Below the pieces are notes generated by a model. It was not told where the DNA came from. It saw only the letters and a program-made list of their open reading frames with translations, and did not search any database. From NCBI GenBank assembly GCA_036679645.1, contig JAZDCY010000093.1, positions 1 to 12,109 on the forward strand: DNA of 12,109 nt. Reading direction: 5' to 3'. Of this stretch, positions 8,263 to 12,109 are shown one piece after another. Each line of letters opens with the position of its first letter. The stretch's first letter is position 1. The position numbers and the translations under genes are program-made. Source of the stretch: Gemmatimonadota bacterium (lineage in GTDB: Bacteria; Gemmatimonadota; Gemmatimonadetes; Gemmatimonadales; GWC2-71-9).

Positions 8263-8661
8263 ATGTTCGACCTACAGGTTGCCGAAGAGATTCTGGACCG
8301 GATTCGCGAGCGGAATGAGCGGTATCATCCGCACGCGTATCTGTTCATTCTCGGTGCGCTGGAATACTGCCAGGTGCACCGTGCGGTCAGGGGCCACCTT
8401 GCCGGTAGGGAACTGGCGTGGGGGTGCCGGGACTACGCGCGCGCGCAGTTCGGCTTGACCGCGCCAACGGTGCTGCGGCATTGGGGGGTCGAGTCGACCG
8501 AAGACCTCGGGCGTATTGTGTACACCCTCATCGACGCCGGTTTGCTGATCAGCCAGCCCGAGGACCGGCTCGAGGATTTTGACGGTGTGTTCGAGTTCGA
8601 CGAGGCCTTCGAGCTCGAGTATCCCTGGTTGGGGGTGAACCGCTCCGACGGTGGGACGTAG
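8263..8661 (+). CDS. Minf_1886 family (TIGR04138-like) protein of unknown function
   Basis: 132 aa. The pattern RY.P.AY.F...AL.Y......GH..G.EL....R.YA...FG..A..VL..WGV..TED.G.IVY.LI..G.L.....D..EDF..VF.FD.AF matches my recollection of this family. An SD is present and the C-terminus is acidic. Confidence 0.8.
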   Translation: MFDLQVAEEILDRIRERNERYHPHAYLFILGALEYCQVHRAVRGHLAGRELAWGCRDYARAQFGLTAPTVLRHWGVESTEDLGRIVYTLIDAGLLISQPEDRLEDFDGVFEFDEAFELEYPWLGVNRSDGGT

Positions 8662-8696
8662 ACGCCCACGGGGAAGCGACTGGAAGGGGGGGGCGT

Positions 8697-8891
8697 ATGG
8701 AAGGGAGAGATTGGCCTGCCTGCCGCAAGTGCGGGGATGGGTTGCTCGTGCCGCTCTCTGACTACGGAAGGGACGGCGCGGCCATCCACTACAAGGCGTG
8801 GGTCTGCACGGAACCCGAGTGCGGGTTCAACCTGCGGATCGACAACGGCGAGATCTCGCTCGGACGGGCGATCGGCCAGAGTTTCAAGTAG
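8697..8891 (+). CDS. Small Cys4 zinc-ribbon-like hypothetical protein
   Basis: 64 aa with CRKC and CTEPEC cysteine pairs flanking LVPLSDYG...YKAWV. A purine-rich SD lies upstream, and the ORF fills the gap between two co-oriented genes. Confidence 0.8.
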   Translation: MEGRDWPACRKCGDGLLVPLSDYGRDGAAIHYKAWVCTEPECGFNLRIDNGEISLGRAIGQSFK

Positions 8892-8935
8892 CCCATAGCG
8901 GTTCCGCGGCTGCACGCTCGCGGCCTGCCAGCCAG

Positions 8936-10465
8936 ATGACTGTTCCACTCGTTCCGGTGCTCACGGCGGCCGAGGCAGCCGCGTGGGACGCGTGCGCGCG
9001 CGAACAGGCTGCGATCCCGAGTCGTGTGCTCATGGAAGCGGCCGGCCGTGCCGCAGCGCAGGTGATGGCGCGCGAGTTTCGTGACGCGTTGGGCGGCGGC
9101 GTGCTGGTCGCCGCAGGGGCCGGCAACAACGGCGGTGATGGGTGGGTCGTCGCCCGTGCGCTACGGGCGGTGGGCGTGCCGGTGGTTGCCGCCGAGGTTG
9201 CGAAAGCTCGCTCCCCGGATTGTGAAGCCAATAGGGCGCTCGCGCTCGCCTGTGGGGTCACGCTGCTCGACGAGGAAAAGGTGTGGCCGGGTGTGGGAGT
9301 GGTCGTCGATGCGCTGCTCGGCACCGGGGCGGGTGGCGCGCCACGCAATGGAATCGCGGCCCTCGCGCAGCGCGTCGCCGGACACGGTACCCCGATCGTG
9401 GCAATCGACGGGCCCACCGGACTCGATCTCACGACGGGCGACGCGCACGGTCCCGTGCACGCCGATCTCACCGTCACATTCGGCGGCCTGCGACGTGGCC
9501 ACCTCCTGCAACGCGATTGGGTCGGGCGGGTCGTCGCGGTCGATATCGGGTTCCCGCCGGCAGACCCGGCTTGGCCCCACCTCGTCACCGATGCGTGGGC
9601 ACGCACCCTCCTTCCGCCGTTTCAACCGACCATGCATAAGGGCGAGCGCGGACGTGTGCTCGTGATCGGTGGGGCCCGCGGCATGGCGGGCGCCGCAATG
9701 CACGTGGCCCGCGCGGCGTTTGCGTGTGGCGCGGGACTGGTGAAGCTGGCGCTGCATGAGGAGTCGGTCGCCGCGGCCCAGACCAATTTCCCCGACGCGC
9801 TTACTCTTAGCACGGCGCTGGGGCCGGACGTCGAGCCCGAACTCGCGGACGCTATCGCGTGGGCCGACGCCGTCGTGCTCGGTCCCGGTCTCGGGCGCGG
9901 CAACGATCGCATGGCGTTCGCGACGGGCGTGATGGGTCTGGCGGGCGTCCCGGTCGTGATCGATGCCGATGCGCTGCACGTGCCCGACCTGGCCGGTGTC
10001 GGCACCGCTTCCCGCGTGCTCACTCCGCACCTTGGGGAGTTCACGTCCCAGTTCCCCGATCTCGCGCACGAGGAGCGCTTCGCCGCCCCCGCCGCCGCCA
10101 TCTCCCGCTGTCCGCCGGATACGGCGCTGTTGCTGAAGGGAGCACCGACGGTCATTGCGGACACCGCGGGTACGCGGGTGGTAGCGGCCGGTAACCCTGC
10201 GCTCGCCACCGGTGGGAGCGGTGACCTGCTCGCCGGCTGCATCGCGACATTCCTTGCCCGTGGGGTAGCACCGGGGGACGCGGCGGCGCTGGGCGCCCAG
10301 GCGCTGGGCCGGGCAGCCGAGCAGGCTTCGGCCTATCAGACGGTCCGGGCGACCCGGCCCGAGGACGTCGCTGACGGGTTCGCGGATCTCTGGCGCGAGT
10401 GGGCGCAACCAGCAATCCCCGAGCCGCCAGTTCTTGTCACCCTCGATCCCCCTGCATTGGAGTAG
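8936..10465 (+). CDS. nnr: Bifunctional NAD(P)H-hydrate epimerase/dehydratase (NnrE-NnrD, YjeF)
   Basis: Epimerase motifs LMEAAG, GNNGGDG, DALLGTG, IDGPTG, TVTF and DIG. Dehydratase motifs HKG, GAGLV, GPGLG, DADAL, TPHLGEF, LKG and GNPALATGGSGDLLAG. Start taken as ATG 8936, after the zinc-ribbon gene. Confidence 0.94.
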   Translation: MTVPLVPVLTAAEAAAWDACAREQAAIPSRVLMEAAGRAAAQVMAREFRDALGGGVLVAAGAGNNGGDGWVVARALRAVGVPVVAAEVAKARSPDCEANRALALACGVTLLDEEKVWPGVGVVVDALLGTGAGGAPRNGIAALAQRVAGHGTPIVAIDGPTGLDLTTGDAHGPVHADLTVTFGGLRRGHLLQRDWVGRVVAVDIGFPPADPAWPHLVTDAWARTLLPPFQPTMHKGERGRVLVIGGARGMAGAAMHVARAAFACGAGLVKLALHEESVAAAQTNFPDALTLSTALGPDVEPELADAIAWADAVVLGPGLGRGNDRMAFATGVMGLAGVPVVIDADALHVPDLAGVGTASRVLTPHLGEFTSQFPDLAHEERFAAPAAAISRCPPDTALLLKGAPTVIADTAGTRVVAAGNPALATGGSGDLLAGCIATFLARGVAPGDAAALGAQALGRAAEQASAYQTVRATRPEDVADGFADLWREWAQPAIPEPPVLVTLDPPALE

Positions 10466-10485
10466 AGCTGCCGCGGATCTTCACT

Positions 10486-12075
10486 TTGAGCGCGGATAGA
10501 TCACTCACCCGCTGGCTTCTTGTCGCCGGGATCTTCCTTCTCCCAAGCCAAACGGCGATGGGGCAGGGGACCCGGCAATGGCGACCCGAGGAGCGGGTCG
10601 TCATCTCCGACTTCAGCGTCGTGCGAGCGGTCGCCGCCGGCAACACCAAGGTGTTCGTCGCTAGCCTCAACGGGCTCGGGATCTATGACTGGCGGATGCG
10701 CCGGTGGGAAGCGCCCGTCGGGTTCGCCGACGGCTTCCCGCACGAGCGCGTGAACGCCGCACTGGCCGATCCGACCGATGAATCGGTCTGGCTCGGCACG
10801 GACGCCGGATTGGTGCAGTACCGACCCATCTTCCGGCAATTCGAATCGACCATCATTGCAGGGGGCGTGCGCGCGCTCGTCTACGACCGTGACGACCCGT
10901 TTCGTGGCATCTATGTCCGCACCGTCCGGGGATGGGAGTTCCTCGCGCGCGGGTCGTTCATTCCGGCACCGGATCGCGCCCCGCCGCCCGCGGGTCGACG
11001 GGTGGGCTCGCTATCGGTCGATGCCCTTTTTGCGCGCCAGCCCATTGCCGATGCGATGCGCGCCGCGACGTTGATCGATGACCGTCTCCGGTCGTTCCGC
11101 TACACCGGTGCCGCGGCGGTGCCGATTGCGGAGGAGTACTACATCGGGACGGACGGACTCGGTGTCATTCGCCTCGAAGGACTGGCCGGGCGGTTCGAGC
11201 CGCTCACCTTTGGGTTGCTCGCGCCCGGCGCGGGTGCCGTGGTCGCGGTCCCGGGGGGCGTGTGGGTCGGCACCGATCATCGCAGCCGCCGCTCCGGTCT
11301 CACGTTCGTCGGTGACGACCTGCAGCGATACACCTTTCGGGAGGGTCCACGCGCCACCGGTCTCGGCATCACCGGTGTGCGCGCACTGATCGCACGACAG
11401 AGTGAGATCTGGGCCGCGACGGACCGCGGCGTGGTGCGTTTTGGGCGCGATGGCGAGACGCGCGTGCTGTCGCGCGGCGACGGACTGCCGGATGAGGAGG
11501 TTTTTGCCCTGGCGCAGGGACCGTCCGGCGTGTGGGTCGGTACGGCCTTCGGGCTCGCGTTCGTGACGGATGACGGGGAAGTGCGCTCGTTTGGAGAGGG
11601 CGTGCCCATTCCGGTGTTGGCACTCGCGGCGGCGCGGGACACCGTGTGGGTCGGCACCACCGAGGGACTCGGCATGGCGACGCCGGATGGTGATCTCGTC
11701 GTGCCACCCGACGTCGCCGCCGTGCCCGATCTCAGGATTGCCATCGTGGGCGTGACCAGGGTGGCCGATACACTGGTCGTCGCGAGCATCGAGCGCCTGC
11801 TGTGGCGTGCGCCCGGGGGTGAGTGGCAGATCGAACGACTCATTGCCGGTGAGATGGGGGCAATCTACGCACTCGCGGCCGATTCGGGTGGTGTGTGGGT
11901 TGGGGGTGAGCGAGGGATCGGGTTCTTCCGCTTCGCAACACGGGACTACCGCTTTTACTACGCACCCGGTGACGTACCGGGCCCGGTGCACGATCTCGCG
12001 GTCAGCGGACCGTACCTCTGGGTGGCTACAGAGGCCGGCGTCGCGCGGTTTGCGCGCCACGCGCTCATCCCATGA
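10486..12075 (+). CDS. Secreted beta-propeller repeat protein (two-component regulator propeller-like blades, no kinase domain)
   Basis: Signal-peptide-like N-terminus (RSLTRWLLVAGIFLLPSQTAMG|Q). Repeated blade motifs VWLGT, YYIGT, VWVGT x3, IWAAT, VWVGG and LWVAT, with DGFP..V and DGLP..VFAL linkers. The start is uncertain (TTG 10486 or CTG 10468). The ORF-track start at 10399 overlaps nnr. Confidence 0.75.
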   Translation: MSADRSLTRWLLVAGIFLLPSQTAMGQGTRQWRPEERVVISDFSVVRAVAAGNTKVFVASLNGLGIYDWRMRRWEAPVGFADGFPHERVNAALADPTDESVWLGTDAGLVQYRPIFRQFESTIIAGGVRALVYDRDDPFRGIYVRTVRGWEFLARGSFIPAPDRAPPPAGRRVGSLSVDALFARQPIADAMRAATLIDDRLRSFRYTGAAAVPIAEEYYIGTDGLGVIRLEGLAGRFEPLTFGLLAPGAGAVVAVPGGVWVGTDHRSRRSGLTFVGDDLQRYTFREGPRATGLGITGVRALIARQSEIWAATDRGVVRFGRDGETRVLSRGDGLPDEEVFALAQGPSGVWVGTAFGLAFVTDDGEVRSFGEGVPIPVLALAAARDTVWVGTTEGLGMATPDGDLVVPPDVAAVPDLRIAIVGVTRVADTLVVASIERLLWRAPGGEWQIERLIAGEMGAIYALAADSGGVWVGGERGIGFFRFATRDYRFYYAPGDVPGPVHDLAVSGPYLWVATEAGVARFARHALIP

Positions 12076-12109
12076 ATGCGCACGAGAAGTTCACGCCGCT
12101 CGGGCCGGG
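12072..12109 (+). CDS. 5' end of the next gene, possibly thiamine-monophosphate kinase (ThiL); runs off the right edge
   Basis: ATG 12072 overlaps the propeller stop as ATGA and reads MNAHEKFTPLGPG. The PLGPG resembles what I recall preceding EFD at the N-terminus of Gemmatimonadota ThiL. Only about 12 codons are visible. Confidence 0.45.
   Translation, partial: MNAHEKFTPLGP

Noticed and set aside
8798..8935. Nnr N-terminal extension, or frameshift fusion with the zinc-ribbon gene
   Set aside because: It overlaps the zinc-ribbon ORF in another frame. Nnr-like sequence starts at ATG 8936, and no slippery site is evident.
10780..12030. Recurring gtgtgggtcgg-like DNA repeats as a CRISPR or repeat array
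   Set aside because: They are irregularly spaced and explained by the VWVG protein blade motif.
132..12060. Long minus-strand ORFs (e.g. 132-839, 870-1913, 2589-3413, 4257-5660, 7229-8104, 9161-10408, 11011-12060)
   Set aside because: They are antisense shadows of well-supported plus-strand genes in GC-rich DNA and have no recognisable motifs.

Overview
High-GC bacterial chromosomal segment, most consistent with Gemmatimonadota (inferred from gene content and recalled gene order, not searched). At the left edge is the 5' end of a divergent minus-strand membrane-protein gene. A co-oriented plus-strand run follows: thrS; thiolase, bioY, CPBP intramembrane protease, 3-hydroxybutyryl-CoA dehydrogenase, Leu/Phe/Val dehydrogenase and glyA; then a Minf_1886/TIGR04138-like protein, a 64-aa Cys4 zinc-ribbon protein, bifunctional NAD(P)HX repair enzyme Nnr, a secreted beta-propeller protein and the start of a probable thiL. 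I saw no mobile elements, CRISPR arrays, tRNA or rRNA genes. This is mostly core metabolism. The best candidates for something undescribed are (i) the promoter-led pair of small uncharacterised genes at 8263-8891, (ii) a structured 5' leader at 2221-2288 that can pair with the thiolase ribosome-binding site, (iii) a solitary bioY and a CPBP protease translationally coupled inside an acyl-CoA/amino-acid catabolic operon, and (iv) a stand-alone sensor-type beta-propeller coupled to the putative thiL.
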